Positions 42,953 through 51,851 of a stretch of DNA of 64,000 nt are shown here, in pieces (positions within the stretch are counted from its first letter, which is position 1; every line of letters starts with the position of its first letter). Position numbers and translations under genes: made by a program. Where the stretch lies: the NCBI GenBank assembly GCA_963724775.1, contig CAVRWB010000005.1, positions 42,357 through 106,356 of the forward strand, given 5' to 3'. A model generated the notes under the pieces. The model was not told where the DNA came from. It saw nothing but the letters and a program-made list of their open reading frames with translations, and ran no database searches. This DNA comes from an uncultured Acidobacteriota bacterium (lineage in GTDB: Bacteria; Acidobacteriota; Vicinamibacteria; Vicinamibacterales; Fen-181).

Positions 42953-43927
42953 ATGAAAGCCGCCATCTACACGCGATACGGACCTCCGAATGTCGTTCAG
43001 ATCATGGACGTTGACGAGCCCGTCCCCAGGGACGAGGAAGTCCTGATCAGGATCCGAGCGGCGGCAGTGAACCCGTTGGACTGGCATTTCATGCGGGGCA
43101 CGCCGCGCGTGGGTCGCATCGTCTTCGGGCTCCGCAAGCCGAAGAACCCCCGGCTCGGCGTCGATGTGGCGGGCGAGGTGGAGGCAGTCGGCAAGGGTGT
43201 CACCCGGATCAAGCGGGGCGATGCGGTGTTCGGCGTCTGCAAGGGGGCCTTTGCCGAATACGCGTGCGCGTCCGAATCGAAGCTGGTCAGCAAGCCGGAT
43301 CGCCTGTCGTTCGAGCAGGCGGCCGGCGTCCCGGTCGCTGCGCTCACGGCACTGCAGGGTCTCCGCGACCATGGACGCCTCCTGCCCGGGCAGAAGGTCC
43401 TGATCAATGGCGCCGCGGGAGGTGTGGGCACGTTTGCCGTACAAATCGCCAAGGCATTCGGCGCTGACGTGACAGGCGTTTGCAGCACGAGCCACGTGGA
43501 GCTGGTGCGATCCATCGGCGCGGACCATACCATCGATTACACGCGGGAGGATTTCACTGAACGCCGGCAGGGCTTCGATCTGTTCTTCGATTGCGTCGGG
43601 AACCGCGCGTTGTCTTCGTGCCGGCGCGTCCTGACTCCGAAGGGGACCTACATCGGGATCGGCGGAGGAGAGCCGGATACCAGCTCGGTCAAACTGGTTG
43701 TCGATACCGTCAACCACATGCTGTCGTCGTGGTTCGTGAGCCAGAAGGTGCGAGGATTCATCGCAAAGATGCGCCAAGAGGACCTGGCCGCCCTGCATGA
43801 ACTCCTCACGAACGGAAGCGTCACACCGGTCATCGATCGACGCTTTCCCCTGAGCGACATCTCCGAAGCCATCCGTTACCTGGAAGCCGGGCACGCAGGT
43901 GGAAAGGTGATCATCACGGTTGGATGA
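42953..43927 (+). CDS. Zinc-type/MDR NAD(P)-dependent oxidoreductase (quinone oxidoreductase-like)
   Basis: MKAAIYTRYGPP...EVLIRIRAAAVNPLDW...GDAVFG...VLINGAAGGVGTFAVQIAK. Confidence 0.85.
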   Translation: MKAAIYTRYGPPNVVQIMDVDEPVPRDEEVLIRIRAAAVNPLDWHFMRGTPRVGRIVFGLRKPKNPRLGVDVAGEVEAVGKGVTRIKRGDAVFGVCKGAFAEYACASESKLVSKPDRLSFEQAAGVPVAALTALQGLRDHGRLLPGQKVLINGAAGGVGTFAVQIAKAFGADVTGVCSTSHVELVRSIGADHTIDYTREDFTERRQGFDLFFDCVGNRALSSCRRVLTPKGTYIGIGGGEPDTSSVKLVVDTVNHMLSSWFVSQKVRGFIAKMRQEDLAALHELLTNGSVTPVIDRRFPLSDISEAIRYLEAGHAGGKVIITVG

Positions 43928-44219
43928 GCAGCACTGCGCACCGAATGAGTGGGGGCTCGGTATGACAGGCTTTCCGTCCGAGGCTGTTCCCGGTTCCTTC
44001 CTCGGGATCCACGCCGTCAACGTCTACCCCGAGTCGTTCAATCAACAGGACGAAGAATTCGGCGAGCCGCGATTGATCCAGGCGTTGCGGCGATACCAGG
44101 CACTGAGCCCGGCCGAAACTGTCGCCGGGGTCCTGGACGACGTGCGGCAATTCAGCGTCGATGAGCAGGGCGACGACCGCACACTCATCGTGGCCAGGTG
44201 TCGAGACGACGAGCGTTGA
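43920..44219 (+). pseudogene. 3' remnant of a PP2C/SpoIIE-type phosphatase gene
   Basis: The 99-aa ORF ends ...EEFGEPRLIQALRRYQALSPAETVAGVLDDVRQFSVDEQGDDRTLIVARC, which resembles a SpoIIE-domain C-terminus. No N-terminal part is present, and it overlaps the end of the dehydrogenase gene. Confidence 0.45.
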
Positions 44220-44442
44220 GCCGTGATCGCTTGGTGGGTCGGATGCCCGGTCCCGGAACGCCTCGTCCCGGAAGCGGACGCGGTCCAGCGGTGGGCCATC
44301 GTGCGGTCGCCAGGCCGCGCCAGCGGCAGCAGGGGTTCGGCTGTGTTGGGTGGTTGGCACGTCTTTCGCCTGTCGCTTGGCGACCAGTCCGCCGGTCGCG
44401 GACGTCTGAATGTCGTCGTCGCTCGCGTGAAAGGAGACGGGC

Positions 44443-46947
44443 ATGGCGTGGCTCGAGAACCTCATTCGAGACCTGCGGCTCAGCCTCCGGTCGTTGGCGG
44501 CCTCTCCGGCGTTCACCCTGGTTGCCGTCGTCTCGCTGGGGGTCGGGATTGGCGCCGGAACCTGCGTCTTCTCGCTCGTGAACGCGATCCTCCTTCGCTC
44601 GCTTCCTGTGCCCAATCCCCAGGAACTGCGTGTCCTGCAGTGGTCCGCGAGCAACGTCCGCATCCCGTCGTACGACGGCAATTCCGTTGCTCTCGGAGGC
44701 GGCGCCTGGACCTCGGCGGAAGCGGTGTCGCACCCGGCATTCGTGGCGCTGCGTTCCCAAAGTGCCACGCAGGCTGACGTCTTCGGCTTCTACCCACTGC
44801 ACGATGCGGCCGTCACCGTCGGCGGGCAGCCGCTCGTCGCCGACGGCATGCTGGTCTCCGACAATTTCTTCTCGGGTCTCCAACTGCGTCCGCAGATTGG
44901 CCGCCTGCTCCGGCCTGGCGAGGACTATGGCGGCGGCGCGATGAGCGTCGTGATCGGCTACGGCTGGTGGCAGCGGTATTTCGACCTCGACCCAGGCGTG
45001 ATCGGCCGGGCCGTGGCGGTGAATGGCGTTGCCTTCACCATCGTCGGCGTGCTCGCACCGGCCTTCTCGGGGATCGAGCCTGGCCGCCGATGCGACTTCT
45101 ACCTACCCCTGTCTGCTTCGTCGCCCTTTCTCTACACGGCGATCTCCGCCGATTGGCACTGGTTCGTGCGCGTGATGGCACGGGTCAGGCCCAGTGCCAG
45201 CGATGCCCGGCTCGCGGCGTTGCTCGGCAGCGCGTTCGCCGGTCAGGCCGGGTCGCTGGTGACGGAACCCAGGTTCCGGACCGAGCCTGGAAGCGCGGGC
45301 CTGGGTTACGACCGCGAAACCTACCGGAGGCCGCTCCTCCTGATGCTGGCCGTCGTCGGCCTCGTCCTCCTGGCCGCTTGCGCGAACCTCGCGGGCCTGC
45401 TGCTCGCGCGCGGCACGACACGATGGCACGAGATGGCCGTTCGCGCCGCGCTCGGCGGCGGCACCTGGCGCCTGTTTCAGCAGTCGCTGACCGATAGCCT
45501 GGCGATCTCGCTGCTCGGCGGCGGGCTCGGTGTGCTGCTGGCGACCTGGGGAAGGGCTCCGCTGGCCGACCTGCTGGCGAGGAGGGCCGGCGAGTTGAGG
45601 TACGAGTTCTCGCTGGATCCCTCGGTGCTGGCCTTCAGCCTCGCGATCACCGTCACCGCCGCCGTGCTCGCGGGGCTGATTCCTTCGTGGCGGGCCTGTC
45701 GCGCCAACCCGGTGGACGCGCTCAGGAGCCGCGGCACGATCGGCAACCCGCGGCTGCGAACGGGGCGCCTGCTGGTCGTGGTCCAAGTCAGCCTCTCCGT
45801 CCTCGTCCTCGCGGGCGCGGGGCTTTTCGTGCGCACCCTGGTGAATCTCTCGCGCATCGACGCCGGGTTCAACCTCCAGCGCCTGCTCGTGGCGACCCTG
45901 AACATCCGCGGCGGGGTGGATGCCCACGCCGAACCCGCTCGGTTCTACGACCGCCTCCAGGCGGAAGTGGCCCGGATCCCGGGCGTAGAGGCCGCCACCA
46001 TCATCGAGTTCCCCCTTCTGGGTCCCGGCGGGCACAGCGGCAATTTTTCGCGCTTCGTGGACGGACCGGCGCCGGAGTCGCCGGCCATGATGCAGGTTCG
46101 ACGCCTCCGCGTTGGCGAGACCTTCTTCAAGACGATGGGCATCCCGATCGTCCATGGGCGCGAGTTGCAGGCGACGGATTCGGCCGAAGCGGCCAAGGTC
46201 GTCATCGTGAACGAGAGTTTCGTTCGCAGCTACCTGCGGGACCGGGATGCGGTCGGCCTGGCCTTCAGGATGTGGGACGCGGATTGGCGGATCGTCGGCG
46301 TCTGCCGTGACGCCAAGTACAGCGACATCAAGGAGGCGGTCCCTCCCACCGCGTACTTCCCCTACAGGCAGATGTTCTATTCGCGCTTCCGCGCCACGCA
46401 CCTGCGCGGCGCGTCCATCGCCGCGCGGACGACGCTGCCGCCGCTGGCGCTGTCGGCCGCTGTCCGGCAGGCGGTGGCTCGCGTCGATCCGGGCGTCGCC
46501 GTGACGGCCGTGACGACCCAGGAGGACGTGCGCGACCGCAGTATCGGGCGGGAGCGGCTCGTGGCGGTCCTGTGCAGCGGCCTTGCCGGGGTGGCGTTGA
46601 TGCTCTCCTGGATCGGCCTGTTCGGCCTCATGGCCTACAACGTCGGCCGTCGGACCGGGGAGATCGGCATCCGTATGGCACTTGGCGCCGAGCGGCCGGA
46701 CATCACACGCCCGATCCTGCGCGAGGCTCTGTTGCTCTCAGGGGCCGGCGTCGCTCTCGGGGTGCCGCTGTGTCTCGTGTTCACGCGGCTGGTGCGGAAC
46801 CAGCTGTTCGGCGTGACGCCCGCCGATCCGCTCTCCATCGGCCTCGCGGCAATCGGCCTGCTGGTTACCGCGGCAGTTTCGGCCTGGGTTCCCGCTCGGC
46901 GAGCGCAGCGCGTGGAGCCGAGCGACGCGCTGAGGCACGACGCCTGA
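44443..46947 (+). CDS. ADOP-family MacB/FtsX-like permease, paralog 3
   Basis: The 834-aa product starts MAWLENLIRDLRLSLRSLAASPAFTLVAVVSLGVGIGAGTCVFSLVNAILLRSLPV and ends WVPARRAQRVEPSDALRHDA. AAAGGAGA lies upstream. Confidence 0.9.
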   Translation: MAWLENLIRDLRLSLRSLAASPAFTLVAVVSLGVGIGAGTCVFSLVNAILLRSLPVPNPQELRVLQWSASNVRIPSYDGNSVALGGGAWTSAEAVSHPAFVALRSQSATQADVFGFYPLHDAAVTVGGQPLVADGMLVSDNFFSGLQLRPQIGRLLRPGEDYGGGAMSVVIGYGWWQRYFDLDPGVIGRAVAVNGVAFTIVGVLAPAFSGIEPGRRCDFYLPLSASSPFLYTAISADWHWFVRVMARVRPSASDARLAALLGSAFAGQAGSLVTEPRFRTEPGSAGLGYDRETYRRPLLLMLAVVGLVLLAACANLAGLLLARGTTRWHEMAVRAALGGGTWRLFQQSLTDSLAISLLGGGLGVLLATWGRAPLADLLARRAGELRYEFSLDPSVLAFSLAITVTAAVLAGLIPSWRACRANPVDALRSRGTIGNPRLRTGRLLVVVQVSLSVLVLAGAGLFVRTLVNLSRIDAGFNLQRLLVATLNIRGGVDAHAEPARFYDRLQAEVARIPGVEAATIIEFPLLGPGGHSGNFSRFVDGPAPESPAMMQVRRLRVGETFFKTMGIPIVHGRELQATDSAEAAKVVIVNESFVRSYLRDRDAVGLAFRMWDADWRIVGVCRDAKYSDIKEAVPPTAYFPYRQMFYSRFRATHLRGASIAARTTLPPLALSAAVRQAVARVDPGVAVTAVTTQEDVRDRSIGRERLVAVLCSGLAGVALMLSWIGLFGLMAYNVGRRTGEIGIRMALGAERPDITRPILREALLLSGAGVALGVPLCLVFTRLVRNQLFGVTPADPLSIGLAAIGLLVTAAVSAWVPARRAQRVEPSDALRHDA

Positions 46948-47109
46948 CACCAGCCACAACGTCAGTCCGACGCCGCTGGTCTTCGCGCCAGGTTCGCCCT
47001 TCCGCCAACCGCCTCGGAGATCCGCGGCCACGCGGACGGAGCGCGATCCCGATTTGCCCGAACCTGGCCGTCGAGCGTAGGATGCCCGGAACAGAAAAGG
47101 ACCTCCTCA

Positions 47110-47970
47110 ATGACTGCGCATCCCACTCGACGCGAGATCCTGACACTCGCCGGCACGGTCGCAACCTCGGCGCTGCTCCTTCCGGCGCGTCGCGCGGCGG
47201 CGGCACCCGGATGGAAGCGGCTGCCCATTGGCACGCAGCTGTGGTGCGTCCGCAAGCAGCTGGCCTCGGACATCCCGGGCACGCTCAACGCGGTGGCGGC
47301 CGCGGGGTTCGACGGTGCCGAGCTGGAGAACGCGTTCGGCAGGCCTGGCGCCGAATGGCGCAAGTACCTCGATGCGGCGAAGCTCCGGGCGTGCGGCTTT
47401 CACCATACCCTCGAGGAGTTGCAGGGGCAGAAGCTGTCGGCGACGATCGAGTTCAACCAGGTGATCGGGAACGACAAGCTGATCGTCCGTTCGCTCGCGC
47501 CGGACGTTTACAGGTCGGCCGACCTCCTCAAGAAGACGGCGGACGCTATCAACGAAGTGGCAGAACGCGTGAAGCCGCACCGGATGCGCGTCGGGTACCA
47601 CAACCACACGACCGACTTCAATCGCATCGACGGCGAATACTGGTGGAACACCTTTGCCGACCGGACGACGAAGAACGTCATCCTGCAGCTCGATACCGGC
47701 AACGCCTCGGAGCTCCCGGGCGGCGTCCGCCTCGCGGACCTGATCCGTCGCAACGCCGGACGCACCGTGTCGATGCACGTCAAGCCGTTCTCGACGAAGA
47801 ACTCCAACGCCTACATCGGCTCCGACGAGCTGGACTGGCCCGCCATCATGACCGCCGCCGAATCGGTCGGCGGACTCGAGTGGTACATCGTCGAGTACGA
47901 GCGCGAAGGTGTTCCGCCGCTCGACGCGCTCAAGGCGAACCTCGAGAGCTTCAGGAAACTGAGAGGCTGA
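47110..47970 (+). CDS. Xylose isomerase-like TIM-barrel protein (sugar phosphate isomerase/epimerase) with Tat signal
   Basis: MTAHPTRREILTLAGTVATSALLLPARRAAA is followed by ...FDGAELEN...VGYHNH...LDTGN...WYIVEYE. Confidence 0.8.
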   Translation: MTAHPTRREILTLAGTVATSALLLPARRAAAAPGWKRLPIGTQLWCVRKQLASDIPGTLNAVAAAGFDGAELENAFGRPGAEWRKYLDAAKLRACGFHHTLEELQGQKLSATIEFNQVIGNDKLIVRSLAPDVYRSADLLKKTADAINEVAERVKPHRMRVGYHNHTTDFNRIDGEYWWNTFADRTTKNVILQLDTGNASELPGGVRLADLIRRNAGRTVSMHVKPFSTKNSNAYIGSDELDWPAIMTAAESVGGLEWYIVEYEREGVPPLDALKANLESFRKLRG

Positions 47971-48132
47971 CACCCCAAGAGATCACCGCGGAGCAAGGCC
48001 CGACGCTGACGGCTGAGAGTTGACCGCTGACCGAAGCGTCCGGCGTTAACCCCTTCACCCCTCCATCCGTATTGTCGATGGGGCCGGCAGCGCCGTTGCG
48101 CCAATCCAACACTCCGGGATCTAGGAACGAGC

Positions 48133-50559
48133 ATGGCCTTCGAGCGACAGATCGACGCTCCGCGCGCGGCGTGGCTTGGCGGGCTGGCCTGCGAGGTTCG
48201 CAGCGTCGCCCGCGGGCTCCGGCGGGACGCGTGGTTCAGCCTGGGCGTCATCGCCACCGTGGCTACCGCGCTGGCCGCCAACGCCGCGCTGGCCGCCTTC
48301 CTGAACGGCTACTTCTGGAAGCCTCTCCCGATCGCGCGGGCCGCGGACCACGTCGAGATCGCCGGGCGTGACGGCGCCGGCCGGGTGAACGGCTCGTGGT
48401 CGTCCGGCGAGGCCCGAAGCATCCTCCAAGGCGCTGCGCCGATCCTCGATCGCGCGTACGCGGTTGCCGATCGGCGGGCGGCGGTGGTGCCGCCTGGCGG
48501 CCGCGAACCGCTGCCGGCGGTGGGCGTCGTTGCCACGTCCGAGTACTTCGCCCTGATCCAGCCGCGCCTCGCTGTCGGGCGATTGCCGGCCGCCACGGCG
48601 AGCGGGGGAGAGGACGCCGGGATCGTCTTGAGCGACGCCGGGTGGCATCGTCTCGCGGGGGACCGCCCGGACGTGCTCGGGCAGGCCATCCGCGTGGACA
48701 ATGCGTTCTTCACCGTGACCGGCGTCATGGCGCCGTCAGTCGTCGGCCTGGAACCGATCACGCCGGACTTCTGGGTTCTGATGCCCACGTACGAGTCGAT
48801 GGTCGGCCCGCTCGACCATGGCTATGTCGTCGGCGGCCTCTTGCGCCCCGGGACCCCGACGGCTGCGGCCTCCGCGGCCCTGACCGGTGTCGTCGCGCGC
48901 CTGGCGACCACCGACAGGCCGGCCCGCGGCACGTTGGTCGCCCTGGTCCGGCCACGGACGACGCTCGTGAGGGAACGAGCCGAGCTCGCGCCCCTCGTCC
49001 TCACGCTGCTCGCCACCTTCGCCCTGATGACGCTCGTGGCGTGCGCAAACCTGTCGGGCATCTACCACGCGCGCGTCGCCGGCCGCGTCGCCGACTTCTC
49101 GATCCGCTTCGCGCTCGGCGCATCCCGCGGGCTGATCGTGCGGCAGGTCCTCATGGAGGGCGTCGTGCTCGCCTCGATCGGTGGGGTGCTCGCGTGCGGC
49201 GCCGCGTCGCTGGCGGTCGGCTCCCTGCAGGGTCACGTGTTCTCGATGGTGGGCGAGGCTGGCCTCACAATGGCTGCGGTGGAGGTGGATTGGGCCGTCT
49301 GGGTCTACACGATGCTCCTGGCGCTGGTGGTAGGAGGCGCCTGCGCCCTGACGCCTGCGCTGGCGGCGCTCTGGGCGGAGCCAGGCGCACGCGCCGGGAA
49401 CGGCGTGGTTCGGGGAGGCAGTCGATCGCACGGAACGCTCCAGCGCCTGGTCGTCGCCCAGGCCGGCATCAGCCTCACGCTGCTGTTGGCCGCCGGCATC
49501 GTGGTGACCAACGCCAGGCAGTCCGGGCGGGTGGAGGTCGGCTACGATCTGGCGCCGCTCGTGGACCTGTACTTCGAGCGGATTACCCCACGATACGTGG
49601 AGCAGTTCCTGCGCGATCCGCGCGTTGTCACGGCCACCACCGTGTCGAGCACGCCGCTGGCCGGACAGCTGCCGCGCGTGACGGTCAGGCTGAGCGGCCA
49701 GGTGCGGCGCCTCCGTCACAACGTCGTCGATCACCGGTTCTTCGCAACCCTCGGAATCCCGATCCTCCGCGGGCGAGGGTTCGACCCGGCCGACAGCGCG
49801 GGGGGCGTCCGGCGCGCCGTCGTCAGCGCGTCGGCGGCGACAGTGCTGTGGAGCACGCAGGATCCCGTGGGGCGGCTAGTGGACGTCGACCTGTCCGAGA
49901 CCGACGTGCCGCGGTGGGAGCCGCACGAGGTGGTTGGGGTGTCCGGCGACGCGCTTGGAGGCTTCTTCCTCGAAGGAAGGGACGTCCCGACGATCTACCT
50001 GGCGGCGCCGGTCGCCTCGCCGCGCACACAGGACCTGGTGGCGCGGGTGCCGGCCGGCCGCGCGACGGGCGCGGATCTCCGCGCGCTGTGCCGGGCGTAC
50101 GACCCCGACGCGCTGTGCCGCCCGATGACGCTGCGGGCGCTGCTCGACCGCCAGCAGGTGCCCTTCACGGTGGCCGCGGAGATTGCCTCGAGCCTCGGCG
50201 GCGTGACCCTCGTGCTCGCCTGCATCGGCCTCTACGGGCTGGTCAGCTTCTCGGTCGTACGCCAGACGCGCGACATCGGCATCCAAATGGCGCTGGGCGC
50301 GACGCAGGGGAGCGTCCTGGCAGACGTGCTGCGCGGTGCCGGGCAGCGAATGCTGCTTGGCGCGGCGTTCGGGCTCCCCACGGCGGCGGTACTGCTGGCG
50401 CTGCTCGAGTGGCAGGTGCCGATGATCCGGACGTTCGACCCGACCGTGTTCGTCCTGGTGCCGCTGCTGTTGCTCGCCGCCGGCGTGGCCACGGCCCTGG
50501 TGCCCGCCCGCCGCGCCGCGCGTGTCGACCCGATTGTCGCGCTCCGTCGCGACGGCTGA
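48133..50559 (+). CDS. Divergent ADOP/FtsX-like duplicated permease, paralog 4
   Basis: The 808-aa product has two FtsX-like 4-TM modules and ends LVPARRAARVDPIVALRRDG. Confidence 0.8.
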   Translation: MAFERQIDAPRAAWLGGLACEVRSVARGLRRDAWFSLGVIATVATALAANAALAAFLNGYFWKPLPIARAADHVEIAGRDGAGRVNGSWSSGEARSILQGAAPILDRAYAVADRRAAVVPPGGREPLPAVGVVATSEYFALIQPRLAVGRLPAATASGGEDAGIVLSDAGWHRLAGDRPDVLGQAIRVDNAFFTVTGVMAPSVVGLEPITPDFWVLMPTYESMVGPLDHGYVVGGLLRPGTPTAAASAALTGVVARLATTDRPARGTLVALVRPRTTLVRERAELAPLVLTLLATFALMTLVACANLSGIYHARVAGRVADFSIRFALGASRGLIVRQVLMEGVVLASIGGVLACGAASLAVGSLQGHVFSMVGEAGLTMAAVEVDWAVWVYTMLLALVVGGACALTPALAALWAEPGARAGNGVVRGGSRSHGTLQRLVVAQAGISLTLLLAAGIVVTNARQSGRVEVGYDLAPLVDLYFERITPRYVEQFLRDPRVVTATTVSSTPLAGQLPRVTVRLSGQVRRLRHNVVDHRFFATLGIPILRGRGFDPADSAGGVRRAVVSASAATVLWSTQDPVGRLVDVDLSETDVPRWEPHEVVGVSGDALGGFFLEGRDVPTIYLAAPVASPRTQDLVARVPAGRATGADLRALCRAYDPDALCRPMTLRALLDRQQVPFTVAAEIASSLGGVTLVLACIGLYGLVSFSVVRQTRDIGIQMALGATQGSVLADVLRGAGQRMLLGAAFGLPTAAVLLALLEWQVPMIRTFDPTVFVLVPLLLLAAGVATALVPARRAARVDPIVALRRDG

Positions 50560-50638
50560 CTTTCATCCCGCCTGCCGGCTGCCGACTGCCCGCTGGACGT
50601 CCGCACGGCACCAACGCCGAAAAACGCGAGCCGGCCCG

Positions 50639-51715
50639 CTATGGCAGCCTTCGGTCGCCCTTCACGGTCCAGAGGAAGAGACTGGTGCCGTCCCCCGCAG
50701 GAACGATGACGTCGGGAGGCCAACGACCGATCCCGAACTGGTGCGAGACAATACGCGTTCCCGGGCGCAGCTCCCGCTTCAGTTTTTCTTCGAGCCGGGC
50801 GTTGACGCCGGGCGAGAGGTACAGCGTCACGACGGTGGCGGCGGAGATGTCCGCGGTGAAGAGATCGCCCTCGACGAAGCTCACGCGGCCGGCGACCTCG
50901 CCCTCGAGCGCAACCTGTCTGGCGATCTCCACGAGCGGTGGGTCCAGCTCGATTCCGACGCCGTGTGCACGGTATTTCTGTGCCGCGAGAATGACGATGC
51001 GGCCGTCCCCCGACCCGAGGTCGTAGACAACGTCATCGAGGCCGACCCGCGCCAGCTTCAGCATTTCGTCGGCCACCGCTTGCGGCGTCGGAACGAAGTA
51101 GATGTCCGGCTCCCGGACCGGCCGGCGCGGGACCGTCCAGAGGTAGAGTTCGGTCCCGTCGTCGGCGCGAATGGTCCGTTCGGGAACCCAATCTCCGATC
51201 CCGAACTGATGGGAGACGATGCGCGTGCCAGGACGCAACTCCCGCCGCAGCTTGTCCTCGAGCCGACGATTGGTGCTCGGCGACAAGTACATGGTCACGA
51301 CCGTCGCCTTGGAAAGATCGGCCGTGAACAAGTCCCCCTGGACAAACGATGCCTTCTCCGAGACGCCGTGCGCGGTGGCGGCGCGGCGGGACTCATCCAC
51401 CAGGTAGGGCTCCAACTCGATTCCCACCCCCCGAGCCCCGTATTTCTCCGCGGCGAGGATGACCATGCGCCCATCGCCGGAACCGAGATCGAACAGCACG
51501 TCGTCGGATTGCACGTTCGCCAGGCGCAACATCGCATCGGCCACCGGCGCGGCCGTGGGAGCGAAGTAGATGTCGGGAGCCTGGGCAGAGAGGGCCGGCC
51601 GGGCCGTCTGCTCCTGCGCCGCGCACGGGGAAACCGCGGCAAGCCGTTGAGGGGTGGCTATCAGCAGTTGAGGAACGAGAGCGACGAGAGCCATGAAGCG
51701 TGCCGGCGCGTCCAT
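50639..51715 (-). CDS. Tandem-duplicated class I SAM-dependent methyltransferase with N-terminal signal/anchor
   Basis: Two 156-aa halves (51574..51107 and 51106..50650) each contain DIYF-PT...DLGSGDGR-VILAA-KY-A-GVGIE...GDLFTAD...RIVSHQF. Confidence 0.75.
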   Translation of the reverse strand: MDAPARFMALVALVPQLLIATPQRLAAVSPCAAQEQTARPALSAQAPDIYFAPTAAPVADAMLRLANVQSDDVLFDLGSGDGRMVILAAEKYGARGVGIELEPYLVDESRRAATAHGVSEKASFVQGDLFTADLSKATVVTMYLSPSTNRRLEDKLRRELRPGTRIVSHQFGIGDWVPERTIRADDGTELYLWTVPRRPVREPDIYFVPTPQAVADEMLKLARVGLDDVVYDLGSGDGRIVILAAQKYRAHGVGIELDPPLVEIARQVALEGEVAGRVSFVEGDLFTADISAATVVTLYLSPGVNARLEEKLKRELRPGTRIVSHQFGIGRWPPDVIVPAGDGTSLFLWTVKGDRRLP

Positions 51716-51851
51716 TCACTACCGATCTTACCCTCGTCGGGTCACCGGCGCCGGCTGCTGTCAGACTGGACGGTGGGCGGCGCGGCCACGCGGTTCGCTC
51801 CCGGTGTCGCGCCGTTCCCCGTCCGTGCGAGTCTCACCTCCTGCCCGCCTC

